A stretch of DNA of 60,236 nucleotides, the filler included, from Malassezia furfur (Eukaryota), in the NCBI GenBank assembly GCA_052055015.1. It is 5 parts of 5 records of this genome, joined end to end, with 100 filler letters (N's around TTAATTAATTAA, not from the genome) between each part and the next. Parts side by side here need not be neighbours in the genome. Positions count along the whole stretch, not along the records: positions 1 to 12,032 come from JBQJIT010000345.1; positions 12,133 to 24,160 come from JBQJIT010000346.1; 3 more parts are not named here. One strand, written 5' to 3'. Position 1 is the first letter of the stretch. Every line of letters begins with the position of its first letter. Shown in pieces: positions 1-12,133 of the stretch. The notes beneath the pieces were generated by a model. The model ran no database searches. It saw only the letters and a list, made by a program, of their open reading frames with translations, and was not told the DNA's origin. The position numbers were made by a program, and so were the translations under genes.

Positions 1-810
1 GCGGCGGACCGTCGGCGCGCGGCGCGGCGCATACGCGGCGGCAGAGCCCACGGGCGCGTCAAGCTCCGACGTAGAGTCGCTCAATGTCGACGCCGTGTCG
101 CTCTCACCCACGGCGCTTCCGCCGGTGATCTCCTCGAGGCGGCCCACGAGTGGCATCGCAAACTGCGGCGGCTCGACGTGGCCCGTGAGGATTTCTTGTG
201 CGCTCAGCTGCTTGCCGTACATCTTGCGGTTTGCATCGGGGCGATCGAGCAGCACGGTACCTTCGATCGTCACGCCGCCGTACAGGCCGCGGCTCATGCT
301 GTAGCTAAACATGGCGGACATCTTCATCTCGGCGTTCATCGCAGCGCTTGCCTCGCCGGAGCGCCCAAGCGGCCCCACTGCCAGCGCCATGTTGCCGCCC
401 AGCTGCAGGGAGCCGGACGACATAAAGGTGCGCACGGCTGCGCGCGAGTTGAGCACGATCAGGAAATCGACCATCTCCGCGCCCGCGTTGAAGCCGCCGC
501 CAAGCCCGCCGATCCCAATCGCCGTCGGCGCGGACCATTCTGTGTAAGTGTGCCGACGTACCGCCGTTCGGCAGCTTCGCGAGCACCACCCCGGTGCCGG
601 CGCGTGCGCTCATCAGGAACCCGATCCGATACACCGTGAAGCTGCGTCAGTGCGCGGCGACCTACATCGCGATCCCCTTGGCCTTGCGCATCACGCTCGA
701 CGGGATCACCTTATCGAGCGACTTCGTGGTGCCCGGGGGGCAAAACTTATCGAGGATCTGCGTGAGCCGCGCCGACGTGCCTTCTTCGCCCGGCGCACAT
801 CAGACTCCAT
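1..810 (-). CDS. YSC84: Ysc84/Lsb3/SH3YL1-family SYLF-domain protein; 3' end truncated at window start; introns 758-780 (GC-AG), 642-665, 540-561
   Basis: Spliced translation MESDVRRAKKILDKFCPPGTTKSLDKVIPSSVMRKAKGIAIFTVYRIGFLMSARAGTGVVLAKLPNGEWSAPTAIGIGGLGGGFNAGAEMVDFLIVLN...GGNMALAVGPLGR matches the SYLF signature. Confidence 0.88.
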
Positions 811-1056
811 CGTCGTCCACCGGTGAGCGCCGTCGCCACGTGGCAGCGTATCCGCACGAGGGCGGCGGGCACGGGGGACAGCGACGCCGTGCTGGCTCGG
901 CCCTACACGGCGGCGGGGGACGTCGTACGGGCTCCAGGAGTACGACGCGACCCGAGCGCGCCGCTACGCCCACCCACGCGCCGTCGCCGTCGCGGTCGGC
1001 GCCCGCGCGCGTCCGCACGGGCCATGCCACGTGGGCACGATCGTCCTCCAGCGACC

Positions 1057-4000
1057 ATGGGGGAGCCGCCGCGGCCTGCCGAGGAGCTCGCGGAGCTGCG
1101 GCGCACGGAGAAAGAGGTGATTGCTTCGATTCTCGGCGACGACTTTGCCGTGGTTCCATCTACTGCGTGGCATGGCGCCGCACAGGTCGAGACATACGAG
1201 GTGGTGCTGCGCCCCGAAGACGAGTCACAAAAGGCGCACGTCGCGGTGGTCGTGCGCCTGGCGCTCACACGCACCTACCCCAACTCGGTTCCTACCGTGC
1301 TGGTGCGCAGCAATGACCCACGCACGCACGGGCTCACCGCCGAGCAACTCGCGGCGCTCGGCGAGGCGCTGCACGCCAAGGCCCGCACGCTTCTCGGCGC
1401 CGAGATGGTGTGGGAGCTGGTGAGCGCCGGCCAAGAGTTTATCAGTGTGCACAACACCGCGCCCGCGCGCGACTCGTCCACGTCGCGGCTGAGTCTCGAG
1501 GAGCGCATGAAGCAGCGCGCGCGCACCGAGCAACAGGACGAGGCACGGCGCGCTCAGGAGCAGCACGCGCAGGAGGAGGAGGCCGAGCGCGAGCGCGAGC
1601 AGCGCCTCGCGGACCAGATCGAGCAGGCGACGCAGCGGCAAAAGGCGGCGATCCGCGAGGAGCGCAAGAAGCTGCGCGACGCGCCGGTGCCGGCGCCAGC
1701 AGTCCCTGCGCCGAGCGAGGCGCGCCGCGCCGACTGGGAGCGTGCGGACGCCGAGGCGTTTGCGCTCGAGGCCGTGCGCATCGGAGACCACACGATGCGC
1801 CGCGGCACGCTGCTCGAGACACATGCGCTCACCCACAGCTTCCTCGCGATGCCGGCCGAGCCGATGCCGGATACGATGCTGTATGCGCTTGACGTGACGC
1901 CGATCAGCGCGCCGTACTATGCGGGCACGAATGGCGCACGCAAGCTGGCCGAGGTAGAAGCAGAGCTCGCGGCACTGCAGCGGCTCACGGCGCCGACGCT
2001 CGTGCCGATCCTCGGGTTCGCACGCGTGTCGCGCCCGACGCCCGACCTGCCGCAGGCGACGGCGCTGTGCGTCGTGCGTGGGTGTGCGAACGCATGGCGC
2101 ATGAACCAGCTTCTGGCACAGTGCCGCACGCTGCCGTGGCCGAGCGTGCGGACCCACGTGCAGCGCCTGCTCGACGCGCTGCACACGCTGCACGCCGCGG
2201 GCCTCGTGCACCGCCAGGTGGCGCCGGAGCACATTGTGCTCGAGCACGACCGCGTGCGACTTGGCGGCGCAGGCACCCCGCGGCGCCTGCTTGACCTGCA
2301 CCGCTCGAACGCGCTCAATGCGCTGCCGACGCACGAGGCGCCCGCGCCGGACGCGTGGCGCTCGCCCGAGGCGATCAGCGATCCGATCACCTATGCGCCG
2401 CCGCGCGACCTGTGGGATTTGGGCCGGTGTGCGTGCCAAATGTTGTTTGGCACGCAGGTGATCTATACGTACGCGTCGCCCGAGCAGCTGTTTGACTCGA
2501 TGCACGGCAGCGACATGGACGAGGCGCGCTCGTTCTTGCAGCGGCTCATGCACCGCTCGCCCAAGGTGCGGCGCAGCGCCGCCGAGCTGCGCGCGCTGCT
2601 GGACGAGACGAGCGCGGCGCTGTGGCGCAGGGACGACACCGCGGCGTCGGTGCCCGCGCTGCCGACGCACTCGCTCGACGTGCCGACGCGCGCGACACCG
2701 ACGCACCGCGCCCCCAAAGCGCGCGAGCCCATCGGCTCGTTCTGGCAGCTGCGCAACCTGCCCGCCGCACCCGCGCCGCAGCCCGTGTCGCGCTACTTGA
2801 GCGACTTTGAGGAGGTCGAGTTCCTCGGGAAGGGCGCGTTTGGCGTCGTGGTCAAGGCGCGCAACAAGCTCGACGGGCGCTTCTATGCGGTGAAAAAGGT
2901 GCGGCTCAGCAGCTCGGCAGCCGAGGAGGAGCGCACGATGCGCGAGATCATGACGCTCTCGCGCCTCGACCACCCACACATTGTGCGCTACGTCACCTGC
3001 TGGATCGAAGAGACCCTCGTGCCCGGCATCGCGGGCCTCGGCACCGAGTCGTCGACGGATGCGGCGATGACTACGAGCCAGCAGATGGACGCGAGTCTGC
3101 TGCGTGCGCTCAACCGCTTCACGCCCGCGGGCCTCGGCGGCGGCGGCGGCGAGGACGACTTCCTGTCCACGGACCGCACCGACCCGCTGAGCGACGCCGA
3201 TGCGCTTGTCGAGTTTGGGCCCATGTCGAGCGACGCGTCCGGCGCGCAGGCCGATGGCGCGTCGAGCTGCTCGTTTGCGAGCAGCGACTCGGACTCGACG
3301 CTGTCGTCGAGCGGCGCGAGCCTCGTGAGCCCGCCGCGTGCGCCAATGTCCTCGTCGCACGACCGCAGCACGAGTGCGACGCGCGTGCTCTACATCCAGA
3401 TGGAGTACGTCGAGAACCAGACGCTGAGCGACGCGATCGAGCGTGGCCTGTCGATCGACGAGGCGTGGCACATCTTCCGGCAGATGCTCGAGGCGCTCGC
3501 GCACATCGCGAGCGTCGGCATCATCCACCGCGACCTCAAGCCGAGCAACGTGCTGATGTACGCGAATGGCGACATTAAGATCGGTGACTTTGGCCTCGCC
3601 ACGACCAACCTGCAGACCATCGAGACGGGACTGCGCGAGTCGGTCCTGGGCGAGCACGCCGCGAGCACGCATGGCGATGACACGGAGCTTACGTCGGGCC
3701 TCGGCACCTTCTCGTACATCGCGCCCGAGGTCCTGTCGAAGCACGGGCTGAGCACGCGCTACAACTTCAAGGTCGACATGTTCTCGCTCGGGATCATGTT
3801 CTTCGAGATGATCGCATCGCAGCGCTACTACAAGACGACCATGGAGCGCTACCAGCTGCTGCGCGACCTGCGGCAGCCCACGATCAACTTCCCCGCCGCG
3901 TGGGACGAGACGCAGTTTGCCGCCCAGACGCAGATCATCCGCCAGCTGCTCGACCACGACCCGAGCCGCCGGCCGTCGCCGATGGACATGCTGCACAGCC

Positions 4001-6110
4001 CGCTGCTTCCGCCCAAGATGCAGGACGAGTACGTCGAGGAGCTGCTGCGTCTCGCGGCGCGGCCCACCAGCACGCACCGGCACCAGCTCATCGCCTCGCT
4101 CTTCTCCAAGACGGACGCGGACGAGGTGCGCGACTACACGTTCGACACGGGCGCACAAAGCGATGAGGACGACGTGCTCGTCGGCGTCGTCTGCCAGTAC
4201 CTCCGCAGCGTGTTCCAGAAGCGCGGCGCAGTGCCGGTGCACCCCCCGCTGCTTGTCCCGCCGAACGACGTGTACGCGGGCGAGACGAACGTGGTCAAGC
4301 TGCTCGACCGCACGGGCAACCTCGTGCTCCTCCCGTACGACCTCACGGTGCCGTTCGCGCGTGTGTGCGCGCGCAGCGGCCACCTGCGCCTGAAGCGCTT
4401 CGACATCGCCGACGTCTACCGCGAGAACCTGCTCGCCGGCGGGCAGCCGCGCGCGGTGCTGGCCGCGAGCTACGACATCGTCTCGCCCGAGGCCGACTTC
4501 ACGTCCGAGGCCGAGGTGCTCGGCGTGCTCGACGAGCTGCTCGAGATCCCCGGGCTCGCAGGCAACCCATGGGAGATCGAGGTGGGGCACGCCTCCATTG
4601 GCGACACGCTCCTCGCGCGCTTCCCCGCGCGGCTGCGTGCGCCGATCCTCGGTGCCCTGCCGCACCTCGGCGTGCGTGGCAGCGAGCACCGCGCGCGGCA
4701 GCAGCTCACGCAGCTCGGTATGTCGGCCTCGCAGCTCGACGAGCTCGAATCGTTCCACCTGCGTGGCGACGTCGCCGACACCACCGAGCAGCTGCGTGGC
4801 CTGCTGACCCCGACGGAGCGCGCCGCGCTCGACGCGCCCCTCGCGGACGTGCACCGCGTCGCACAGCTCGCGCGCCAGTTCGGCGTGCGCCGCCGCGTGC
4901 TGTTTGTGCCGTTGCTTGCGTACGGTTTCCAGCGCTACGAGCAGGGCATTATCCTCACCGTCGTCCAGCACACCAAGCACCGCGAGGTGCTTGCGGTCGG
5001 CGGGCGCTACGACGCACTCCTGCGCCGCTTTGCGTTCCCCCGCACCTCGTCGGCGGCGAGCCCGGTCCCGGGCGCCGCCGGCGTGCAGATCGCCGTTGGG
5101 AAGATCGTCGCGGCGCTCGCCAAGTACCAGCAGGTGAACGTGCCCAAGCTCATGGGGCGCCCCGAGGAGGAGCGCACACTCGGGCCCTGGACGCCACGCC
5201 GGTGCGGTACGTATGTCCCACTCACCCAGAATGTTACCTCGCGGCCAGTGCGCCGGGCCTGCTCGACCTGCGCATTGAGCTGTGTACGCTGTTGTGGGCT
5301 AACGGCGTGAGCGCCGATATCCAGTACGAGAGCAGCGCGGGCGAGTCGCTCGAGACGACCACGTCCATGTGCCGCGCCGAGGGCATTCTCTTCCTCATCC
5401 TCGTGCGTGCGCACAACCCGGCGCTCAAGGTGCGCGAAGTGATTCCACGCACCGAGCACGAGGTGCTGCGCGAGGACCTCCTGCCCTTCCTGCACGACCG
5501 CATTGCGCGCCAGCGCCGCATCGACCTGCATACCGCTGGCGGCACACAGGCGCGGCCCAACGTCCCAGACGTCCAGATCAAGGCGCCGACGCTCGCCAAG
5601 CTTGCGCCGTCGGCCGCCGCGCCGCTGCCCCTGCGCACGGTGCCGCCTTCGGACGTGCACGTGTCTCTCCCACCGCGGCCCGACCGCTCGCGCCGCGACC
5701 GCCATGGCGAGCGCAAGCTCAAGCCCGCGGCGCACCAGGCGCTTGCCGAAAAGGCCGCGGGCGAGACGGCGCGCCTCGCCGATGCCCTGTCGACGAACAA
5801 GATGCCGGTGTTTGCGGTAGACCTCGCGCCCAGCCTGCTCACGCGCTTTGCTGCGGTCGCCGTCGCGCCCGACGACGTGTTCCGTGCGCAGCTCGCCGAC
5901 ACCACCCACGAGGAGCGCGAGTACCTCCGCACGCTCCGCACGCAGATCCTCCATGCACTGCGCACCGACGACCCCGGCACACCGACGCCGCTGACCAGCA
6001 GTGCGCCACCCGGTGCGGCGCGCGCCGAGGCGCCGGCGGCCACACACGCAGGCGCGCACCGTGCGCTGCTCTATTCGATTCGCGAAGGACGCCTTGTATT
6101 GACGGAATAG
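1057..6110 (+). CDS. GCN2: eIF2-alpha kinase Gcn2 (RWD, pseudokinase, kinase, HisRS-like and C-terminal domains); intron 5207-5229
   Basis: RWD motif (TYPNSVP); kinase motifs LGKGAFGVVVKARNKLDGRFYAVKKV, LYIQMEY, HRDLKPSN, DFG; HisRS-like LLPYDLTVPFAR and AVGGRYD. A 23-nt GT-AG intron joins ORF 823-5310 to ORF 4365-6110 (RRCECYLAAS...LLWANGVSAD). Confidence 0.95.
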
Positions 6111-6121
6111 CCACTAGGTAC

Positions 6122-7074
6122 CTACTCGACTCGGTCGTGCTCGACGTCCGCAAAGTGGCTGTCGTGCGCATCGTCGTCCAGTGCGATCGGCGCGTCGTGC
6201 TCCGTCAGCACCGAGTCGTCGCCCGTGTAGAGGAACGCATCGTACAGACCCACGCCCAGCACGCCGCCCACGATCGGCGCCAGCACAGGGCCAAACAGCC
6301 AGTACGCGCTGTCGCGCGTCCAGAGCTCCTTGCCGTAGCCCAGCAGCGTGAGCGCCAAACGGGGGCCCAAGTCGCGCGCCGGGTTCAGCGCATAGCCCGT
6401 GTTGTAGCCCAGCGCGGAGCCAATCGCCAGCACCGCGAAAAAGAGGCCGATCGGCATCGCCCCACGGCGCAGCGCCCAGTTGCCCTGGTCGCCCATCGCG
6501 GCCACGAGGAAAAGCAGCGTCGCGGTGCCGACCACCTCGGTCATGTACGCCGTCGAGCGCGCAATCAGCGCGCTGGGGAACGTGACAAACAGACCGGCCG
6601 TCGCTCGGGGGCCGAGGACGGTCCGTCCCGCACCCCCCTCGTACGCGGTGATGCTGTCATGATACAGCGCATACACAACGAATGCCGCAGCCATGCACCC
6701 AAGCACCTGCGCAACAATGTAGCTCAGCACCTTGCGCTCGGGGAAGCGGCGCAGCAACCGCATCGCGATCGTCACCGCGGGATTCAGGTGCGCACCCGAG
6801 ATCCCGCCGGCCGCCCAGCACCCCAGAGCGATACCGGCCGCCCACGCAATCCGGCACTGCAGATAGTTGCCTGGATCAGCCCATCGTCACCTACCAAACG
6901 CGCCGGCCATGCCGTGCTCTGCATAGTGCAGACGCACCTCACACTCGACGCCCGTGCCGAACAGGATCACCATAAACGCGCCCCAGAATTCACTGGCTTA
7001 GTGCACACTACGTACGCAAACTCTTCCTTGTACGCTTGGCGCACACGGTGCCAGCGGTGCAGCGCCGAGGCCAT
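6122..7074 (-). CDS. Aquaglyceroporin (MIP family, glycerol facilitator type); introns 6993-7015, 6871-6894
   Basis: Spliced: FAEFWGAFMVILFGTG...GGISGAHLNPAVT...NTGYALNPARDLGPRL. Two NPA boxes, the second NPARD as in glyceroporins. Confidence 0.93.
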
Positions 7075-7112
7075 GGTGGACAATGTGCCGTCAGGCCCGT
7101 GCGCTCCACGTG

Positions 7113-8326
7113 CTACCACAGCTGCAGGTGGGCAATCGGGAGATAATACTGCGCCAGGGACCAGTACTGCCGCTTGACGCCGTTCCAGTCCTCGGCCTCG
7201 ACGCGCGGGCACAGCGTCTGCCACTCGGTCACGAGGCCAATCTCGCGCAGGTCCAGCTCGCTAACGCGCGTATACACCTCGTACAAGAACCGGTTCGTCG
7301 CCGCGAGGCCGTGGAAGAAGGAGAACCGCGCCTCGGGGCCCGACAGCACGTTGGGCAGGCACTCGAAAAAGGCGCGCAGGTCGTTGTAGTCTTGCGAATA
7401 GGTATCAAAGTAGATGGCATCAAACACCCCGAGCTTCATCGCAATCTCGCCGTCGGGGTCGTCTTGCGGCTGCAAAAATTCCTCCCACGTCCCTTCGAAG
7501 ATCTCCACGCCGGGCCGCTTGTCCCAGCCCTGCTCGCGCAGGAACCGCAGCGCGTCAGGGTGCGGCTCAATGATAACGTGCCGCCCCGGGCGGTACTTTT
7601 GGATCGCCTCGTCAATGATGCCGAGACCAAAGCCGACGTTGAGCACTGCAAAGCCCTCGTCCTGCCCTTCGCACAGCGCGCGCGCCGATGCGTGCATGAT
7701 CTCGTTCTCCCACTCGGCCATCACCATGTTGCGGTCTTTGTCCAGACACCGCCACTGCCCGCGCTCGTCCTTCTCGAACGTAAGCGGCGTCGCAAGGAAC
7801 GCGCGGTTGCTCGCACTCGCCTCGTTCTGCGTGCCAGGCACAAGCGTGAGCGATGCACCATTCGTCTGCTCGGTGAGCTCCGCGTGGTCCGCGGCCTGTG
7901 CCTCGTGCTCGGTCTCCGCATCGAGTTTGCGCTCAAGCAGGTTCGCCAAAAACGACTGCCGCACACCCTCTGTGGTGAGACGCGCCCCTACGCACCTTCG
8001 AGAAGCAGCATGTAGCACTCGGTCGCGTTGCGCGACCACGCCAGGTCGCCCGCCGTGTATTCAAGCCGATCGACGGCATTCCAAAGGCCACCGTAGCGCA
8101 GCAGCACACGCACAGTGTCGGCACTGCATGCATCGGCTGCATAGTGCAGGGCGTCCCAGCCTAGCGCTTCGTCGGCGTACCAAGCGTCGGCAGACCCGTC
8201 CCACGCGCCACCGTCATCATTCTTGTATTCAAGCAGCTGCTTGCACTGTGCGGCATCGCCCGCCGCAGCTGCGCGCAGCAGCTGCTCGTTGCGCTCCGTG
8301 CGGGCCGCCGGCCATGCGTCGTCCAT
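7113..8326 (-). CDS. RMT2: Protein arginine N-methyltransferase 2 (ankyrin repeat + GAMT-like SAM domain); intron 7970-7995
   Basis: Ankyrin-like LGWDALHYAA; VMAEWENEIM, VLNVGFGLGIID, IIEPHPD, FDAIYFDTY, FSFFHGL. Confidence 0.92.
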
Positions 8327-8372
8327 CGTCGCAAATTTTGGCCACGTGCGCCTTGCGTCCGGCGGCGATCGC

Positions 8373-10140
8373 ATGTCGCTCTTTGGATCGAGCAGCGCGA
8401 ACCCGGCGGGGGGGAGCAACCTCTCTCGCTCGGTATCGTTTGGCGGGCAAGAGAACAAGCCCACGTTCTCGTTTGGGAGCACCCAGCCCGCGCAAGGAAA
8501 CGCGGCGGGGGCGAAGCCGGCCTTGTTTGGCGCGTCCAGTACGCAGCCATCCCAGAGTACAGGCGGGCTGTTTGGCGCACAGAGCAACCAGCAGCCCGCG
8601 CAGGGCACGGGACTCTTTGGCCAGAACACGCAGCAGGGGCAGTCGGGCGGCATGTTCGGACAACAAAACAACCCACAACAGGGGCAGACAGGCGGAGGCC
8701 TGTTTGGAGCACAAAACAACACACAGCCAGGGCAGTCCGGCGGCCTGTTTGGCGCACAGAGCAACCAGCAGCAAGGACAGTCCGGCGGGCTGTTTGGTGC
8801 ACAGAGCAACCAGCAGCAAGGCCAGACCGGCGGGCTGTTTGGCACACAGAATAACCAGCAGGGCCAGTCTGGCGGCTTGTTTGGCACGCAGAACAACCAG
8901 CAGGGCCAGTCGGGCGGTCTGTTTGGCACCCAGAACAACCAACAGGGCCAGACCGGCGGCCTATTCGGTGCACAGAACAATGCTCAGCAGGGCCAGTCGG
9001 GTGGCCTGTTTGGTGCGCAGAACAATCAGCAAGGCCAGTCCGGTGGCCTGTTTGGNNNNNNNNNNNNNNNNNNNNNNNNNNNNNNNNNNNNNNNNNNNNN
9101 NNNNNNNNNNNNNNNNNNNNNNNNNNNNNNNNNNNNNNNNNGGTGGCCTGTTTGGTGCGCAGAACAATCAGCAAGGCCAGTCCGGTGGCCTGTTTGGAAC
9201 GCAGAACAATGCTCAGCAGGGCCAGTCCGGCGGCCTGTTCGGCGCGTCGCAGTCCAAGCCCAGCTTGTTTGGCCAGCCGAGCACTGGCACGTCGGCGCCC
9301 TCTGGTGGGCTGTTTGGGCAGTCGACCAGCAACACCCAGCCCGGCGCAGGGACGTCGGGCGGCCTGTTTGGCGCAAAGCCGGCGGGCGGCCTGTTCGGCG
9401 CGAGCACGGGCGGGATGGGTGCGCCCGGCGGCGCATCCGGCGGCCTGTTTGGTGCATCAACCACCGCGCAGCCCACACAGCCTACACAGGGCTTTATGCA
9501 GTTCCCCTACTACCAACGGGAGCGCTTCAACGAGCTGCCGGATACACAGCGCGCATTGCTCGAGGAGATGGACAAAGTGATCCAGACGCAGACGCAGATC
9601 AAGAACGAACTGCGTGCGCGCGACCAGACGAGCGAGCCGCGGCGGCTCCCCGCAGAGGTGCACGAGCTCAAGTCGCTGCAAGAGTCGATTGCCGCATCGC
9701 TCGAGTCGGACGTGCAGCGGCTGCAGACAATCAATGCGCGCGTTGAGCGCGACCGTATCGACCAGCTGCAGCTGCACCACGTTGCGGAGCACGCCAAGAG
9801 CAAGCTGAGCGACGGAAGCAGCTTTGTGGACTGGCTGCGCAGTTTCTACGAGCGTGCGGCGGACGAGGATGTGGCGCGCATCCATCGCTACCGCGTGACG
9901 ATGGAGCAGATCGAGCGCCACCTGCTCTCGCTCGACCAGCGCGAGCAGTTTGCGCCGCGGGTGATTGCCGAGATCATCTACGACCAGAATGCGTCGTTCA
10001 TGGGCTTTGCCGAGCAGATCGCCACGCTGCATGCCGAAATTGAAACACTCAAGAAGGATTATGTAAAATGGTACCAGGCCCGGTACCAGTCCGTGCGCGA
10101 CCCGTTCGCGCCGGGGGTGTCGGTGGCCGAGGGTGCGTAG
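8373..10140 (+). CDS. NUP49: GLFG nucleoporin, Nup49/Nup58-like; assembly gap 9056-9141 inside the repeats
   Basis: Many GGLFG repeats followed by a coiled coil starting RERFNELPDTQRALLEEMDKVIQ. The frame change falls within the N gap. Confidence 0.75.
8562..9453 (+). repeat. Coding tandem repeat of ~39-45-nt units (GGLFG[A/T]QNNQQGQS)
   Basis: Repeated ggcggcctgtttgg-like units; 56 nt on either side of the N gap are identical (9000-9055 = 9142-9197). Confidence 0.9.
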
Positions 10141-10142
10141 CG

Positions 10143-12032
10143 CTATAGTTGGGCCTCGACCAGTTCAAAGTAGCGGCCGTGCTTGTGGAGCAGCTCGTCG
10201 TGCGAGCCCATTTCGACAATCTTGCCGTCCTCCACGACGCAGATTAGATCGGCGCGCCGGATCGTCGAGAGGCGGTGCGCAATGGTAATTGTCGTGCATC
10301 CCTTGCACGCGTTGTCGAGCGCCTGCTGGACGAGCACCTCGGACTCGGCGTCGAGCGCAGAGGTCGCCTCGTCGAGCAGCAGGATGCGCGGGCGCCGCAG
10401 CAGCGCGCGCGCAATGCACACGCGCTGGCGCTGCCCGCCGCTGAGCGAAGAGCCTTTGAGGCCGATCATGGTATCGAGGCCCTCGGGCAGCGCCATCGCA
10501 AAGTCCCACACACACGCCTCGCGGCACGCCGCCTCGATCTCCGCATCCGTCACCTGCTCGGGGTCCACGGCGCCGAGCGACAGGTTCCAACGCAGCGTGC
10601 CCTCGTACAGCACCGGGTCCTGCGACACGTACGCCATCTCGGCACGCCACGTGGGCAGCGGAATCGCCCGCAGGTCGAGGCCGCCGTAGGTGATTGTGCC
10701 GCGACACGGGTCGTAGAAACGCTGCAGCAAGCTCAGAATCGACGACTTGCCGCTGCCCGACGTGCCGCAGAACGCCACCGTCTGGTTCTCGTGGATGGTC
10801 AGGTTCAGGTGGCGCAGCACCGGCACGTCGGGGCGCTGCGGGTAGCGCAGCTCGACGTGCGACAAGACGAGGTCGCGCGGGCCGCTCGGCGGCCACGCAA
10901 CACCCGCATCGGCGTCCTGCGAGATCTGCGGCGTGCGCGCCCACCAGCCCTCGACGACCTTGATCGCGTGCCGCGCGCGCGCAATGTCCGGCAAAAAGGT
11001 CGCCAGACGCACGGCGGCAAACACGCCGATGAACACGCCCTCGAACACGGCAAACATGGCGCTCGCGTCGATGCGCCGCGTCATGACGAGGCGCGTGCCC
11101 CAGTAGAGCATGAGGCCCGTCGAGCCGTACAGCGCAAACTGCGAGTACGCAAAGCACGCGCTGCTCGTCGCCAGCACCCAGCGGAACGGCTCGCGCACGG
11201 TGCTTTCGCGCGCCATATGGCGCAGCGCACGCTGCTCGCGCCCGAGCGACGCGACCGTCGGGATCGCGTCGATGATCTCGGCGATGTACGCGGCGGTGCC
11301 GTCGATCGGCGACTGCACCACCTTTTCGTAGCGCTCGGCCAGCCGCACGTTGAAGAAGCTCGCGACGAGCAGCGACAGCAGCCCGGGCACGCACGTCAGC
11401 GCAAGCTGCCAGCTCATCGAGATGGACATGATCACCGAGCCGATCAGGTTGCCCGCGGCCATAATGAGCTGCACGGCGACCACGCCCGTCGCGGTGCCGA
11501 TGCTCTGTGCGTGGCTAAACACGGCCGAGCTCAGCGCGCCACTGGCGTTTTCCTTGCGGTCAAAGAAGGCCACCTCCTGGCGCAGCAGCGCGTGCAGCGA
11601 CTTGACCTTGATCGCGTTCATCATGCGCTCCGACGCCAGCTCCAGGAAGAAGGACGCAAAGAAGCCCACCGTGAGCGCCACGGCCGCCACCACAATGAAC
11701 CACATGCCCCACCAGTTGCTCCGGTCGCGCAGGCGCCCGGGGTCGTTCTGGATACCGAGCGCGTCGATCGCGTACCCGCTGATCCACCCCGTGATGGGGA
11801 AGGACGCCGCGAGCGCCACGGCAAATGCAATGCCCACCAGGAACACGCCGTGCTGGCCCTCGGAGACGTGCCACAACCCGAGGTGCGGCACGCGCTGCGC
11901 CACCGCGCTGCGCCCTGCGCCCTCGTCCTTATCTGTGGCGCTGTCGGCGTCGTCGGCGCCGCGCGCCTCGTCGCGTCGGTCGCTCGCGCCCCAGCTCGCA
12001 CCGGTGACGCCGGCGCCACGCATCGACACGTC
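10143..12032 (-). CDS. ABCB/MDR-type ABC transporter, C-terminal TMD+NBD half; 5' part missing at contig end
   Basis: LLRQEVAFFD, Walker A GTSGSGKS, VSQDPVLY, signature LSGGQRQR, Walker B ILLLDEATSALD, IAHRLSTI. Confidence 0.92.
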   Translation of the reverse strand, partial: DVSMRGAGVTGASWGASDRRDEARGADDADSATDKDEGAGRSAVAQRVPHLGLWHVSEGQHGVFLVGIAFAVALAASFPITGWISGYAIDALGIQNDPGRLRDRSNWWGMWFIVVAAVALTVGFFASFFLELASERMMNAIKVKSLHALLRQEVAFFDRKENASGALSSAVFSHAQSIGTATGVVAVQLIMAAGNLIGSVIMSISMSWQLALTCVPGLLSLLVASFFNVRLAERYEKVVQSPIDGTAAYIAEIIDAIPTVASLGREQRALRHMARESTVREPFRWVLATSSACFAYSQFALYGSTGLMLYWGTRLVMTRRIDASAMFAVFEGVFIGVFAAVRLATFLPDIARARHAIKVVEGWWARTPQISQDADAGVAWPPSGPRDLVLSHVELRYPQRPDVPVLRHLNLTIHENQTVAFCGTSGSGKSSILSLLQRFYDPCRGTITYGGLDLRAIPLPTWRAEMAYVSQDPVLYEGTLRWNLSLGAVDPEQVTDAEIEAACREACVWDFAMALPEGLDTMIGLKGSSLSGGQRQRVCIARALLRRPRILLLDEATSALDAESEVLVQQALDNACKGCTTITIAHRLSTIRRADLICVVEDGKIVEMGSHDELLHKHGRYFELVEAQL

Positions 12033-12132
12033 NNNNNNNNNNNNNNNNNNNNNNNNNNNNNNNNNNNNNNNNNNNNTTAATTAATTAANNNNNNNNNNNN
12101 NNNNNNNNNNNNNNNNNNNNNNNNNNNNNNNN
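12033..12132. other. Artificial contig spacer
   Basis: 44 N + TTAATTAATTAA (stops in all six frames) + 44 N. Confidence 0.99.
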
Positions 12133-12133
12133 G

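Noticed and set aside
1225..4980. Very long antisense or overlapping ORFs (also 10275-12080, 12197-13681, 20771-23677, 58159-60195)
   Set aside because: Shadow frames of real genes caused by strong G/C third-position bias; no recognisable motifs.
5200..5310. Frame breaks in GCN2, RPC2, TAZ1, APM1 and others suggesting pseudogenes or programmed frameshifts
   Set aside because: All are resolved by short introns with consensus donor, branch and acceptor sites.
9056..9141. Apparent frameshift in the nucleoporin gene
   Set aside because: It falls in an N gap of estimated length, flanked by identical 56-nt sequences; this is an unresolved repeat.
8562..9453. Regularly spaced short repeats resembling a CRISPR array
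   Set aside because: They are in-frame GLFG coding repeats with synonymous variation, in a eukaryote with no cas genes.
10143..12029. Half-size ABC transporter
   Set aside because: The ORF is open to the contig edge and begins with linker-like sequence; it is most likely the second half of a full ABCB protein.
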